From: Octopus sinensis
Taxonomy: Eukaryota
Reading direction: 5' to 3'
Length of the DNA: 64,000 nucleotides
NCBI RefSeq assembly: GCF_006345805.1
Contig: NC_042998.1
Location: 137,578,001-137,642,000 of the forward strand
Shown here: in pieces, positions 13,301 to 28,300 of the stretch
How positions within the stretch are numbered: the stretch's first letter is position 1
Layout: every line of letters begins with the position of its first letter
Translations under genes and position numbers: made by a program
Notes under the pieces: model-generated
The model's input: only the letters and a program-made list of their open reading frames with translations
The model's database searches: none
Told to the model about the DNA's origin: nothing

Positions 13301-16300
13301 TGAGAGTGGATACTCAGAGAGTGTTACCACTAGAATAAGAATAGCCGGGCAAAGTTTAGAAAGCTTCTTCCCCTACTGGCAACAAAGGGTCTCTCGCTCA
13401 GAGTGAAAGATAGATTGTTTGACGCATGTGTGCGAAGTGCCATGCTTCACGGCAGTGAAACATTGGCCGTGACTGTGGAGGACATGCGTAGGCTCAAAAG
13501 AAATGAAGCTAGCATGATCCGCTGGATGTGTAATGTCAGTGTGCATGCACAACAGAGTGTATTGACCTGAGAGAAATGCTGGACATAAGAAGCATTGGAT
13601 GTGACATGCAGGAGAGACGTTTGCGCTGGTATGGTCATGTACTATGGATGGATGAGGAGAGAAGTGCCACTCCCAAATTGTTGAAGGAATCCGGGGTAGA
13701 GGTAGACCCATGAAGACATGGGATGAGGTGGTCAAGCATGACCTTTGAACGTTGGGCCTCAAAGAAGCTATGACGAAAGACCGAGACCTCTGGAGATATG
13801 CTGTGACTGTGAAGACCCAACAAATGAAGTGAGTTCATGGCTCAGAGGATGGCCTGCTGTGCTAACCTGGGATTGTAGGGTGACCTGCTGTGCTTGAGGA
13901 GACCTAGTGAGTCAAGTACATCAACATCAAAATAAAAATCAAATGGAAATTGTAGTTATGATACCCATGCTGGTGGCACGTAAAAAGCACCATCCGAACA
14001 TGACTGATGCCAGCACCACCTTGACTGACGTCCGTGCTGGTGACACGTAAAAAGCACCAACCAATCGTAGCAATTTGCCAGACTCCTCTGGCCTCTGTGC
14101 CGGTGGCACGTAAAAAGCACCAACTACACTCAGAGTGGTTAGCGTTAGTAAGGGCATCCACCTGTAGAAACACTGCCAGATCAGACTGGAGCCTGGTGCA
14201 GCCTCCTGGCTTCCCAGACCCCGGTCGAACCGTCCAGCCCATGCTAGCATGGAAAACAGACGTGAAACGATAATGATGATGAAGTTGATAACTGAACCTT
14301 TATCTACTTCCTATACACATGAAGCTGAGGAATATATCAATCAATGAAGAGTTTGTTCACATAGTATACAGAAATTACCTGATTGCTAGGTGGTGTTGTA
14401 GGTGTTAATCTTTTCAAAGTGCTTCCAGGGGGTAGATCAGCAGCAAATGGCTCATCTAGTGGAAGTTAATGCATGGGAAAAAAGACAAGCAAATAGAAAA
14501 CATTTGTTAGCAATTATGAATAAAACAGCAAATTTAACAAGCATAATTAATGAATAAGTCAAAGAAGTATTTAGGAAATATTACAGTTAATCACTTTATA
14601 GGCATGTCTTGTTTCACAACTAGGTGGTTTATGGTTCAGTTCCTTGCACAACACCTTGTGAATGAAATCTAATTTGATAGAAACTGTGTGAAGCTTGTTA
14701 AAGAGAGTGTCTTTGTCCTTAGGTGGCAGATTAAACCTATCAGCTGATTTAACAGTAATTGACCATCATTGGATGATGTATTTAGCAGAGTTTAGCAGGC
14801 TGGGTGTACAGTTTATGGATAATTTGTGTGTGTGCATGCACACATGCATATCCTGCTCGTTTTCACTAGCCAAAACAAAAACCAGGGTTGTTCTGTTTTT
14901 CAAATTGCTATGTTATAGGACACAAATGATAAAATAAGTGACTGGAATGAGTTGCGGAGTTGATACAATCAACTAAAAATCCTTGAAGATTGTACCCTAG
15001 TCTGGCCAGTCAAATGACTGAAACAAAAGAATATATAGCACTTGCCTAACATAAAATAAATTTTAACAGGGTAGAAAACCATAACTGAAAGTTTACTTCT
15101 ATGAAATACTCTAAAACGATATACTTTTTTAAGGTACATTTAACTGCTGGATAACTTCAATAATATAAGGAATATACAAAAGTTCTGCTAACTTTTACCG
15201 TTGGTCAGTGTAGAATAGGGCATCAGTGAAACAGGTAAGTGATCAGGTAACTCGATTTCATTGCGGCGTAACACTACTAGGTGCATAGCAATGCAGAATT
15301 CATCTAATGAGAGTGCACCATCTCGGTTTAAATCAGAAAGTTGCCTGCATAAATATAAATAATTTACTAAACATTTTAAAAAGAAACATTGAAAAATTAA
15401 TAACAGCAACACAAAAAAACATTCCCACTTTTTAACTTTTTTTTACATTTCTGGGAAAATTTTAAGACAAACAAAAAGAATATAAATTCTCATCAAAGTT
15501 TTGTGCTTATTGCCAAGGTAAATTTTATCAACTGGATAGGCAATTAGATAGTTAGATAGGTTTAGATAAATAATTATTTATCAGAGATAATTTTCCACAG
15601 CGATGTACCACATCTGCAAATAGATTATCATTCTTGCACAGTATTAAATATACAGCTCACTGGAAACAAGTGGTTGATTGTCTCCTCATCTTTTATCTAC
15701 TCAACCATTTCACATTCTACATAAAATTTTTAGATAACATGATATTCTCTATGTAATTACTATACTTGCTACAACTAATAGCCAAAACTTTCTCAAATTA
15801 CAACAACAACACTATAAGAATTTAAAATTAATAAAGTTGATGGCAAAAGTTATAATGAGAAGTAATTGATTAACAGAAAACAACCATCAAACCATTGAAA
15901 ATTTCAAGACAATCAATAATTTATCCTACAGTTGGGGAGATATTCATGGAGAAATCAATATAATATAGTAGAATATTAAAACCAGAACTGAAACTTGACA
16001 CACTCAAGGAACAAATTTCCAGCTGATGCACACTTAGAGCCTGCATACTTTGGTTTATCAGAGTTACTGTATTTAGATGATTTGAATGAAGAATGAAAGT
16101 GAAGAGAAAAAATTCTTAAAAACTGAAAGTTTAAAAAAAATAGAAATTGAAGAGAGGAAGTGGAACTAAGACAATCGTGTCTTGATGTTAAAAGAGAAGT
16201 TAGCAATTAAAATTACCATTATTAAAACTGAAATCCTTTTTGACACCGCTTTTCTTCTGGGATAGCTAACTTATGTAGACTTAGCCACACAAGCTATGTA

Positions 16301-19300
16301 GGTCTTATGGTGAAAGCTTCATCAGGCCCAGTCAGATACGGCACTGCCAGATCTGACTGGGCCTGATGAAGCCTTCCAGCTTCACAGACCCCAGTTGAAC
16401 CGTCCAACCCATGCTAGCATGGAGAACGGACGCTAAATGATGATGAATGAAATCAATGCAAAGCATTTCAGAAAAGAAAGAAAGAAGCAGTGCTTCCAAA
16501 ACAGTTAATATCAGTAATCTACATTTTAGTTTAATATGAGTTTCTGACTGAAATGCTCAGATACAATATCTAAGGCTTGATAATATTGATTTCAAATTTT
16601 GGTGAAAGGCCAGCAATTTCTGGGAATGGGGATATGTTGATTTTATCAACCTCAGTTCTCAACTGGTACTTATTTTATCGACCCTGAAAAAATGAAAGGT
16701 AAAGTTGACCTCAGAATAATTTGAATGCAGAATGTGAAGACAGACAAAATGCTGCTAAGCATTTTGCCCAGTGTGTTAACAATTCTGCCAACTTGCCACC
16801 TTCATAGCTTGGTAATATCAATTATACAATACTAATATAGCCTACTTTGTTAGAACCAAACTATTTTATAGATATTTAATAGAAATTTACATAGTAAATT
16901 ATTTAGAGAAAGCAGGATTATTGACAATGACTCAAGTCAATAATTATTGAAAATGGCTTAAGTCAATAATTCTGACTAAAAAAAAAAATAACATATAAAT
17001 GCACATTTTATAGTGCCCAATGTTTGACAATACATTTGGAAGTTCATTTTTCTCAAGACTAATATAGAATGTTTTCTGGGTCTCTCCCACTTCTAGCAGC
17101 TCCAAAACTAATCTAGATATATTCCATGCATCTTCCAACATGGTTGAGCAACCAACTCCAACTAGTTGGAATTCACAGTACAAGTCAAGTAGTACTATTC
17201 ATCCTTTCAATCGCTGAATACAAAACATAGCTTGTGAGACGGCTGCTCAAGTGATTTTCCCAAGTCAACATCTCACTCTTGTACACCAATCTATGATAAG
17301 GTTACCCATTTACAGCTAAGTGGACTGGAGCAATGTGAAATAAAATACCCTGGCCAAGAACACAATGTACAGCCAGTCTGGGAATCGAAACCACAATCTC
17401 ACAATCACAAGAGCATAACTACAACCATTAGGCCACATGCCTTCACTATACATATTATTGACTAGCTATTGACTCTTTTGAATTCCTCCACCCTTTGACA
17501 GGTCTTGTTTTTCCTCTTGCAGGATGTCCAATAAATCACCTTGAAATTGAATAGAATCTATAATATAATTTAATATCTTATAAAATGAACTCTCTAAAAG
17601 ACATAAAAGTAAATAGGATACGTGTCTCCTCTCAAACCAAACTAAAACTTACCAAATTTTTGACAGTTCATGAACAGGCAACTTGGATTTTTCAAAAAAT
17701 TCTTTAGCGATACTTCCTAGAAATCAAAAGCAAAAATAAGAATATAATTAAGAAACCAACATTTGAGAATTAAATTATTCTGTATAGAAATTGAAAAACA
17801 ATTTTTTTTTCATTGCTGCTATGTATTTTGATATATGTCATAACAATGTTAAGGAATGATTATTTCACTATCAGGGGAGAACTATAATTAGTCAAGAGAC
17901 TCTACTTCACTGTAAGGATTTACCTTGCTTGGAAACAAGTGAAGGTTGGTGAGAAGGACATCCATCTGTAGAGAATCTATTGCAATGAATTTCAAGCATT
18001 GAAAAGTGGACATTAAAACAATGATGATGATGATGTGTAATTCCAATAAGAGCTATCTTAGACCCTGACGAATTGCTCAATCCATGCTGGAATAGCAGAT
18101 GGACTGACCTATCCCATTACTTTATCCACCTACTCAATCCACTTTATTATCATTATCTTTGTTGGTAACAAAAGGCCTCTCCCTCAGAGTGAAAGGCAGG
18201 TTGTATGATGCCTATGTATGTACAGCTATGCTGCTGCAGCAAGTGACAACGATGATGATGACAACAACGACATGATTATTAATCATTATTAATTATTATT
18301 ATTATTATTATTATTATTATCATCATAATCATCCATCATCATCATTATTATTATTAAAGCAGCAAGCTGGCAGCATCATTAGAGTATTGGACAAAATGTT
18401 TGGCAACATTTCTTCTGGCCCTTTACATTCTGAATTTAAATTTCACCAAGGTCAGCTTTACCTTCCATTTTTCCTCAGGGTTAGTAAAGTACCAGTTAAG
18501 TATGACGGTCAGTGTAATTGACTAGTTAAAATATTGCAAATATCGTAAACAAATACATTTGCAACATTTGAATTACTTCATTAAAACATAATTAACTTGG
18601 GTTGAAAAAAATATGTATTTGGAATGTCTTACCTATTATTACACCATTTTCTTCGGGTTGCATTGTTTTGAATTGCTTCAGATAGTATTCTCTCTGTTCT
18701 TTTGATATAGTCCACACATCATCAATACTTTCATTTTCAGAACTAATAGATGATGAATCAACACCTTGACTTTCTATATTTTCCCAAGACATTTTGGCTC
18801 CAGTGGCTCCAGTGTCTAATAGACCTATTGATTAATAGAAGAGAAGCAAAATACATATAGAATTTGAACTGATAATTTAGTATTTAAAATGTATTAAAAT
18901 ATAGTTGATAAATAAACAGAAAAAATTTTTTTTTTTTAGTTTGTCATGTTACTTAAAAATAAATCAAATTCACTTAGAAAAATCAAGAGTAAATTACTGC
19001 AATACAATTGCATGCAACAGATTACAATCAGTTCAATTTTAAAAAAATATATATCAACAGTTAAGATAAAAAAATAAAAATATGTATGACATTATAACAT
19101 TAAGTTTCATATTACTGAGATATAAAATCTATGGTATTTCAAAGATTTTCTGGAATTTTAGAAAAACTTATTTTTCTCAATGAGGCCTAAATTCAAACAA
19201 CTATGAGCTAATCTAGTCATCCCATATCACATGACCAACAGACAAGAGAAGTAAAAAGTTTCTTTGTCAGTGTATGGTTTATGATTTTACCAATTGTTGA

Positions 19301-22300
19301 AGTTGTAATTTTCAATGTTAGTTCCACATCAAACAAATTTAAGAAAAGTGCCACTGGCTACGTTGTTAAGAAGTTTGCTTCGCAATCACAATTGTCCTGC
19401 TGCATGGCACTTTGGGCAAGTGTATAGTACTATAGCCACAAGCTCAAGCAAAGCCTTGTGAGTGAATTTGGTTGTCAGGAGCTAAAAGAATTTCTTTCTC
19501 TCTCTCCCTCTGTGTGTGTGCACGCATGCATGCGTGCACATGCTTGAATTTGTATTTCATTTTGTCTTCATGTGTTTGCTGGTTATAGACAATACTCTCA
19601 CTGACAGTGCTATTCCCTTGCAGCCCATTGCAAAAGAGTATCCAAACTTCTTAACATGTCATGACATGTTGCACAATTTCTGTAAACAAAAGGCTCATTC
19701 AAAAGATGTCATTTGTTTCCAGTTTTCCAAGAAACCACATCCTAGCTGTTTGTCTGATACAGATTATTACCTCACTTGAAAACAGAAGGACACCCAGCTA
19801 CAGAAAACTCTACCCTAACATAATCCTGTGTATCCTTGCAAGCATGGAAAAGTAGACATCATCATCATCATCATTTTTATTATCAATATAATTATCTGGT
19901 CATTAAGAATGAAATGTCTGATTTTCTTATGTACCAAGTTTGACAGTCATTAACTCAAATGTTTTATTGACAATTCTTTGTTTCACAACATTGAAGAGTT
20001 GCATCATTTTTCAAAATGGAATTCATGGTGTCTGATTATATTGTGAGTTTTCTCTTGTAAATCAATTTTTGTGAACCCATGGATAGATCAAAAATTTGTG
20101 TTGTTTATGAATAGGAGTTCTGTCATGGAACCAATGCATCCCAGACAACCTGAAACATCAATGAGGTGTTTGGTGAAGATGTGACAAATGAGCGCACTAT
20201 ATGCTGATGGTGACTTTACTCTTGAAAATCAATCCGTGGTAGATCTGAGACCAAGGTGGATAATGATGAGCTGGAAATTGTATTGGAAGCAGACACATCT
20301 CAAGCAGCAAGATTTGATGTTTTGATTCCAACTGTATTGGACCATCTGAAAGAAATCAGCAAGGTAAAGAAGCTGGACAAGTGGGTATCACATGAACTGA
20401 ACATGCATCAAATGACATGTTGTCTTCAAACTTGCTGTTGTTTGCTGTCATGGCACAAAAGCAAACCATTTTTTCATAATACTGTTATGTGTGATGAAAA
20501 ATGGATTCTTTTCAACAATAGCAAGCATTCTGCAGGGTGGTTGGATAGAGACGAAGTGCCATAACACAATCCAAAAAAGAATATTCACCAAAAAAGAAGC
20601 TAACGGTGTCTGTTTGGTGGTCCAGCACTGGTGTCATCCACTACAGCTTCATAAGACCTGATAAGTCAATTACAGCGGATGTATATATCAACCAATTGGA
20701 TGAAATGATGAGTGAACTTGCAATTAAACAACTGAGATTGGTCAAAAGAGACAGGCCAATTCTCTTACAAGAAAATGCTTGACCACATGTTGCACAAAGA
20801 ATGCTACTCAAGCTACAGGAACTGAACCCGGAAGTATTGTCATTCACCATATTCACCAGACCTTGCACCAACTAACTATCATGTTTTCCAGACATTAGAA
20901 AACATTTTGCAAGGAAAAAACTTAAAATCTGAAGATGAAAAACAGCCTTTCATGATATCATCACCCCTAGCTTTCCAGAATTCTTCACTGCTGGCATAAA
21001 TAAGCTTCTGATAAAATGCCAAAATTATGTTGCATACTTTAACTGCATTGCTTTTTGTTGAGATAAAGTAAAATAAACTTTCAGTTCAAAATCAGACATG
21101 TCATTCTTAATAACTCGATATTATTATTATTATTATTGAGTGAAAGAGCAGTGCATGACATCAAAGTGACACTGGGGTAAAATATATGAAGCCCAATATA
21201 GCCATCATGACTGCCCGTCTGATGAGGGTACACCAGGCACATGCATCACAACCATATGTGCACGACATGGTGATTTCATATGAAGATAAACAGCGCATGA
21301 CCATGCAGGTGGGGCCCAGTTAGAATTTTCTTCTGGTTGAGTAGCCCATCTCACTCAAAAGGTCCCTGAATAAGGATTGTTTAAGGATGTTGAACGAACC
21401 ACCCGTTTCCAAAGGTGAATTATCCAAACCTCTAAGAATCTCTCTCAACACATTATTATTATTATTATTATTATTATCATCATCATTATTATTAAGGTGG
21501 TGAGCTAAAAAATCTTTAGTATGACAGATAAAATATTTAGCGGCATTTCATCCATCTTATGTCCTAAATTCAAATTCTGCCAAGGTCGATTTTGCCTTTC
21601 ATCTTTACAGGGTTGATGAGTAAGTACTAGTTTAGTAGTGGGGCCAATGTAATCGACTTGAGTACTGGAGTCAAAGCAAAATTTCAGGCCTTGTTGTAAG
21701 GAGGAGGATTATTATTATCATTTTTATTATTATTATTACTACTACTACTATTATTTATTATATATTACTATTATTATTTATATATTATTACTACTATTAT
21801 ATTATTATTATTATACTATTATATTACTACTATTATTATTATTACTACTATTATTATTACTACTATTATTATTATTATTATTATTACTACTACTATTATT
21901 ATTACTACTATTATTATTATTATTACTACTATTAATATTATTATTACTACTATTATTATTATTATTACTACTATTATTATTATTATTACTACTACTATTA
22001 TTATTATTACTACTATTACTACTATTATTATTATTATTACTACTATTATTATTATCATTACTACTACTATTATTATTATTATTACTACTACTATTATCAT
22101 TATTATTACTACTACTATTATTATTATTATTACTACTACTATTATTATTATTATTATTACTACTACTACTATTACTACTATTATTATTATTATTACTACT
22201 ACTATTATTATTACTATTACTATTATTATTACTATTACTATTATTATTACTATTATTATTATTATTATTATTACTATTATTATTACTATTATTATGGTAG

Positions 22301-25300
22301 TGAGCTGGCAAAATCATGAACACATTGAACAAAATGCTGGGCAGTATTTCTTCCAGTTTTACTTTCCAAGTTCAGTTTCTGCTAATGCTAACTTTACTTT
22401 CATCCTTTCAGGGTGGATAAATCAAGTACCAGTTGAGCACTAAGGTCAATATAATTGACTGGTCCCTCCCACAAAATATCATAGAGTAGAAAGAATTATT
22501 ATTTTTATAATGATGATGATAACAACAAAGATGAGGATATCAGTGATGATGAATTAAGAAAAGAGTGTTGATCCATTGTTGACAGGGAAAAATTTATCTC
22601 ATATCTTTGTTACTTTATGAATTGAGTATTAAGGAAAAAAGAACTTATATCATACCTTTACTTTCTTCGTCTTCAAAAGACGCCCAACCTGAGACATCAT
22701 GCACCGAGTTAGTATACGCGGATGGTGATGGAGCAACAGCAGCAGTGACAAGGCCAGGCAAACCACTTCCGCTACCTACTGTCCCTGGAACTACATTGCC
22801 AGTTGTGTTTGTTACAGGTGTTGTAGTTGCAGGGCTTACAAACTGGGAAGGCATTGCTGGATAGACTGTAGCTACTGGTGTCACCTGTCCAACAGACCCT
22901 GCATTTGCTGCTACATTGGTCCCTGATGTAGTCATGCTGGTATTAACAGACGCCGGAGCCGTTTGTTGCTTGCCGATGTTGCCTAATTTCACTCTGTTGG
23001 TAGGAGATGTAGGTGGAGACTGTTTTGGGGAAAATGGAGGTGATTTACTATCAAGAGGAGACTCATCTCGGCTCTGAAAAGCAAAGAATTAGAGTTTAGC
23101 ACAAACGATTTTAATAAAAAATTCAGAATAAATAATAATTTGTAATGTTTACGCTTTAAATTAAATATCTGAAAATTCTAACCCTTTTGTTACTATATTT
23201 TTGTTGAAATACACTTTATCTAAATTAATTTTTAAAACCAAGAATTTAGTAAAACAACTTTTTCCATTAGTTAACTTGAATTTAGGAATAAAAAAATTAT
23301 CGATGGAAGTTTTTAATTTAGATCACTTTTAAAGCAGGAAGTTTGTATCATAGAACTAGAAATGATCTTGTGTGGGTTGTATCAAAGGGTTAAAAATTTT
23401 CTTTTATACCTTTAGTAATAAAGTATCAACTTATATTACTCTTCCTTTCTTAACATGGCATGGTGGTGGCAGAGTTTCTACAGATTTATGAGATTTAAAT
23501 TATGAAGAATTCTCTTATTTTTTAATATCCTTTCAACTAAATATGAAATGAGAACAATGTGGCAGGAAGCTGGTTTAAAACATATTTAACTTATTTTATT
23601 ATCTCAGAATTTTGAAGAAAATGAAAACTCAATAAAACTCAGTTTATTATTATTCTAGGAACAAAAAATGTTTTCTAACATAGGCAGAGGTCCGTAATTT
23701 ATGGGACGCATATACTTAAGTTTACCATGATCCCTAGGACTTAAAAGGTTGGAACTTAACCCAGTTTCCATGGCAAATAAATGACTGAGATTACAACACA
23801 CCCTTTTGAATGGGATACCAGTCACAACAGGGTTACCTTCCCAGCTATTGCAGGAGCTCATTTACAGCTGAGTGGACTGGAGCAATGTGAAATGAAATGT
23901 TTTGCTCAAGACAACACACCGCTCAGTCTGGGAAATGAAACCATGATCTTACAGTCAGGAATGCAACACTCTAACTACGAGGCTATATGCCTTCACAGGT
24001 AGGCATACAGTAGTTTAAATCAACCCCAAGATTTGATTGGTGCTTAAATGACTGATTTTTTTAAAATGCTCAAAATAAACAGACAAAATATTTAACACAA
24101 AAACATGTTTATAATCAAATTATTTTATGCTTATGTGTCGGTGGCACATAAAAACACCATCCGAGCGTGGCCGTCTGCCAGCCTCGTCTGGCACCTGTGT
24201 CGGTGGCACATAAAAAACACCATCCGAGCGTGGCCGTTTGCCAGCCTCGTCTGGCACCTGTGTCGGTGGCACATAAAATCACCCACTACACTCTCGGAGT
24301 GGTTGGCGTTAGGAAGGGCATCCAGCTGTAGAAACACTGCCAGATCTGACTGGACTGGTGCAGCTTTCGGGCTCCCCAGACCCCAGTTGAACCGTCCAAC
24401 CCATGCTAGCATGGAAAGCGGACGTTAAATGATGATGATGATGATGATGAAAGAGGGAATGAAAACTTTTAAAACTAAGTAATTTAAATAATACTGTTTA
24501 GGGGGAAAAAATTATCCTACAACTAAATATGTAATTAAATTGTTCCAAAAGACTACTTTAAGAAAATATATGATGGCTCTTCAAGTACTCTTGTACCGAA
24601 CTATCAAGTTGTAAAATGAAACCGACACCTGGATACATCTTTTACAATGTGTGCATCATTCACATCTGTGTCTAATCATTGCATCTTACTTCACTATATG
24701 CGGATGCATTTAATAAACGTTGAACAAATTTTAATTATGAGATAAAATATAAACAAGTATCTTTCTTTTCTTCTACTATCCAAAAATAGCAAAAAGAAAT
24801 CCTTTTATATAGCTTTAACTTTATTTTAAATTAAAAATCAAAAGATTTTTGCACATTGCTGAAAACATGAGAGACCAACTCAGACTGTGCTGCATAGAAA
24901 ATTCAAACTGTCACCTAATTATTTATTCATTAGCTGAAGGATTAAATTTCCTTCTTTTAACGATTGGCTATATAGCTAGATTGTTTCACTATAAACAAGA
25001 TTAGGTTCCACACATACAGCTATGGAGCTAATTCTTATCAATCATCTTACCAACATACACACACACATTAACATACACAGACTATTTAAGATAAGCAGCT
25101 AAAGATAAGAGAATGGTTATACTTCATACATTTATCTGAAAGACAGCCTCATTTTCAATAAATATTTTAATACTTTGAAAATGAAAAGTAAACATCAATA
25201 TTAATACATTTCAAAAGAAAATAACCTTGTCAAACGAAAAGATATATGATTAAAAATTTATTATAGTGATATAGAAGCTAAAATAAAAAACATACTGATA

Positions 25301-28300
25301 TGGAAAATACTGAATATTTAATGAAACTAGTAATGTATTTTCACATCTTGAGGTGCAAGTTTGGCTATGTAGTAAGAGGTTTGCTTGTCAACCATATGGT
25401 TCCAGGTTCAGTCCTACTGTAAGGCACCTTGGGCAAGTGTCTTCTACTATTGCTCCAGGCATAGAAAAGTGGGTGGAAAAGTGAACCTTAGAATAAAAAA
25501 GGTAAAAATCTAAAGTTTTCCATGTTAGCATTGATAAGATAGAACTGCAAATATAAGTAACATATTTTTGAATGCTTTTTTTTTTATTTTGCAATGACAT
25601 GTAAAATGGCCTACCCAGTAAGACCTGATTGGCCATACACAAGAATCCACTAAGTCTTAATACTTCCAAAACACACACACACACACTGATGAATTGGTCA
25701 ATGAACACATATCACCTTCACTTTTATTCCTAATTCCTTGCTTGTCTCTTTTCTTTTATGATTTTCAAAATGAGGACAACTAGAAACACTATACCTTAGT
25801 ACATAGTACATAGTTTATTGTTGATAACCTCACTATCCATTGTAACTATTTGTTTACGTTTACTAATAGTAAAACTGATTCATTTTTAAACATTTTTACA
25901 TCAATCTCTCCCAATAATATAGGTTAGTTTTTTCAACAAGTTCAGACATTATTGTCTGCAAGTACTGTTAGAGAATGTTTTGCAGAATTCCAGTCTGAAC
26001 ACCAGCTACTTTATAGTGTAGTGAAAAGAGCACCTCTTTTTCAACTAGCTAGAGAAACAAGTCAAATACAAAATTTTCTTTAAACTGGTGAGTTTTAATA
26101 TATTAACTTCTGTGCAGTTCTATTGCAGGTGCAATAACTACTTACAAGTTGACACAATGAAGAATATAAAAATATACAGCAGAAGAGTTAATAATTTATA
26201 TCAAGATGTGTGATAACTCAACTGCTGCAAAAATTCCAATTAATTTTACCACAAAATAAATATTTATCAGACTGAAACTAAAATATTCCTAAGTTCAATT
26301 TTCTAGAAATATTCAGTTGACGCAACAAAGTTTTTATATACAATCAACCATCATTATCATCAAAATTCTACATCTGCTTTTCATGCTGGCATTATTTAGA
26401 GCTATGACCTCCTAAATGAGTCAAAGATCACACCTTGTTTGTACATTCCATTTTTGGTAGCACTTCTATAACTAGATGCCCTTCCTCATGCCAACTGCTT
26501 TACAGATGTATTGTATGCATTTCATTATGGCCTCTATACTTGGGAGGTTGATTTGTCTCTAACAAGACTAAAAATCCTTTGAACTCTATGTAGTAAGTTT
26601 TTATTTGCCCAGTACTTCACAGGGTGGTGTACTTGATACATTTTAACTGCTAGAGTAATTACCTTGTCCCCAACAAAACTAATAAAACTCTGACTTTTGA
26701 CAGTGTCACACTCCGTAGTTTAGTAGTCCTTATAGTAACCAGGAAATGAATGGCTTATGACGACTAAGCAAGCCAAGTACAGAGGTGCAGTCAACAGATG
26801 AGCTTTAGCAATGAGTTAGGTGGCAAATTTAGCATGCAAGTGGGGACCCCATCAAGGCTCAGTTCATAGCCCTTTCTGTTCTCCAGGCCATAACTGAGAA
26901 GTTTAACACAGTCTGTCCACGATGACCTAGTCTTTGAACCTGCAGAATACAAAAGCAAAACCAAGAACTAAAGGGACTCAAAGTTAACTATTAGCAAAGA
27001 CTAAATTTTTAGTAAAAAGAAAAAAAGACCAGAACCTATTGCCATCAGGAAATTGGTCATGCTAGATATACAGCAAAAGAAGCAAGTAGAAATTCTATAC
27101 AGTGTACCTAGCATAAACTATGGACACACTAGAGATGTAATGGTACCACAGGCAAAGCTAACAGAGAAAGTAGACATTATATGTGGCAGATACATAGGAG
27201 CAGTCAATAGCAAAAGTTCACTGAACATGCTGTACAATATATTGTACAATATGCACAAACATTTAATATTTATAGAGTTAAATTACTATGAAAGAATATA
27301 TCTTATCAGAAACCAGACTTACATAAACATGGTTATTATTCTACTAAGCAGATTACAATCAATAAATGTTATGAAAAGTATAAAACTACAAATTGATAGA
27401 ACTTGCCTTGGTGATAAAGATAAATGATAGTGTGGGTTTGGTTTAGTTTGGACTACAGGTTAGTTTTTGGTGGGAGAACATGAGCAGGATACTTTTGTGG
27501 GCAAGATGTATTGTGTAAAGTATAATATGAATAAGGGGTTTGGGAGATGAGATGATGGAGGGAAATGAGAGATAATTGCATGTAACAGAATTATAGGTAT
27601 AGATAAGGCAGCAAAGATTATGATACTACAAGTAGAAATAAACGGACATGACTTTGTAGAAGAGGCCAATAAGTAAGAGTTAACTGAAATGCATTGCTTA
27701 TAAAGAAGGTAGCTTTATCTTGTGTGTGTGTGAGTGAGAGACAGAGAGAGAGAATTTAGGTATATGTGCATTATAAAGTTTTACTAATTGCTTCTAGCTC
27801 AACTGCTAGAGGTAATTTGGTAATGCAGTTTTTGCTGCATAGGATATATAATTTGTCACACATTGTTAAACCTGGCATTTGTAAGGAGGGGATGTTGGTC
27901 TGAGTTGTGCATGGTTTCAGTGGAGGGGATACAGTAATGTAGTTTAAACAGCACTACATAAATTGAATACAACAAAGACTGACAGATATACAAAACAGCA
28001 GTGAGTGTATGCTGTATAGTAATTCAAACAATTTCTTTAATGTAAATTGGTAAATTTTACTTAGTTTATACATTATGTACACATACAGGTTCATTAGCAG
28101 CAGAGAATATACATGTATGTGTACAAGTGTGTGCAGGGATGTTAAGAGGTGACAGTGGGATGGGTGCAGATGTGATAGCTAAAAATTACATGTGTATTAC
28201 TAAGGGTAGTTACTTTCTGACAGCGAGATCTTTGACTGTCTGGAGCGGTGCACCATGCAAGTTGGCAGATGTGAGTACTGACCTTCAAGGGGTAACCCAA

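Noticed and set aside
21811-22332. 173-aa poly-Asn/Ser ORF and overlapping poly-Ile/Val ORF
   Set aside because: Translations of the (TAT/TAC)n microsatellite; no splice context
22607-22864. Plus-strand 85-aa ORF
   Set aside because: Antisense shadow of the REPS exon 22656-23073
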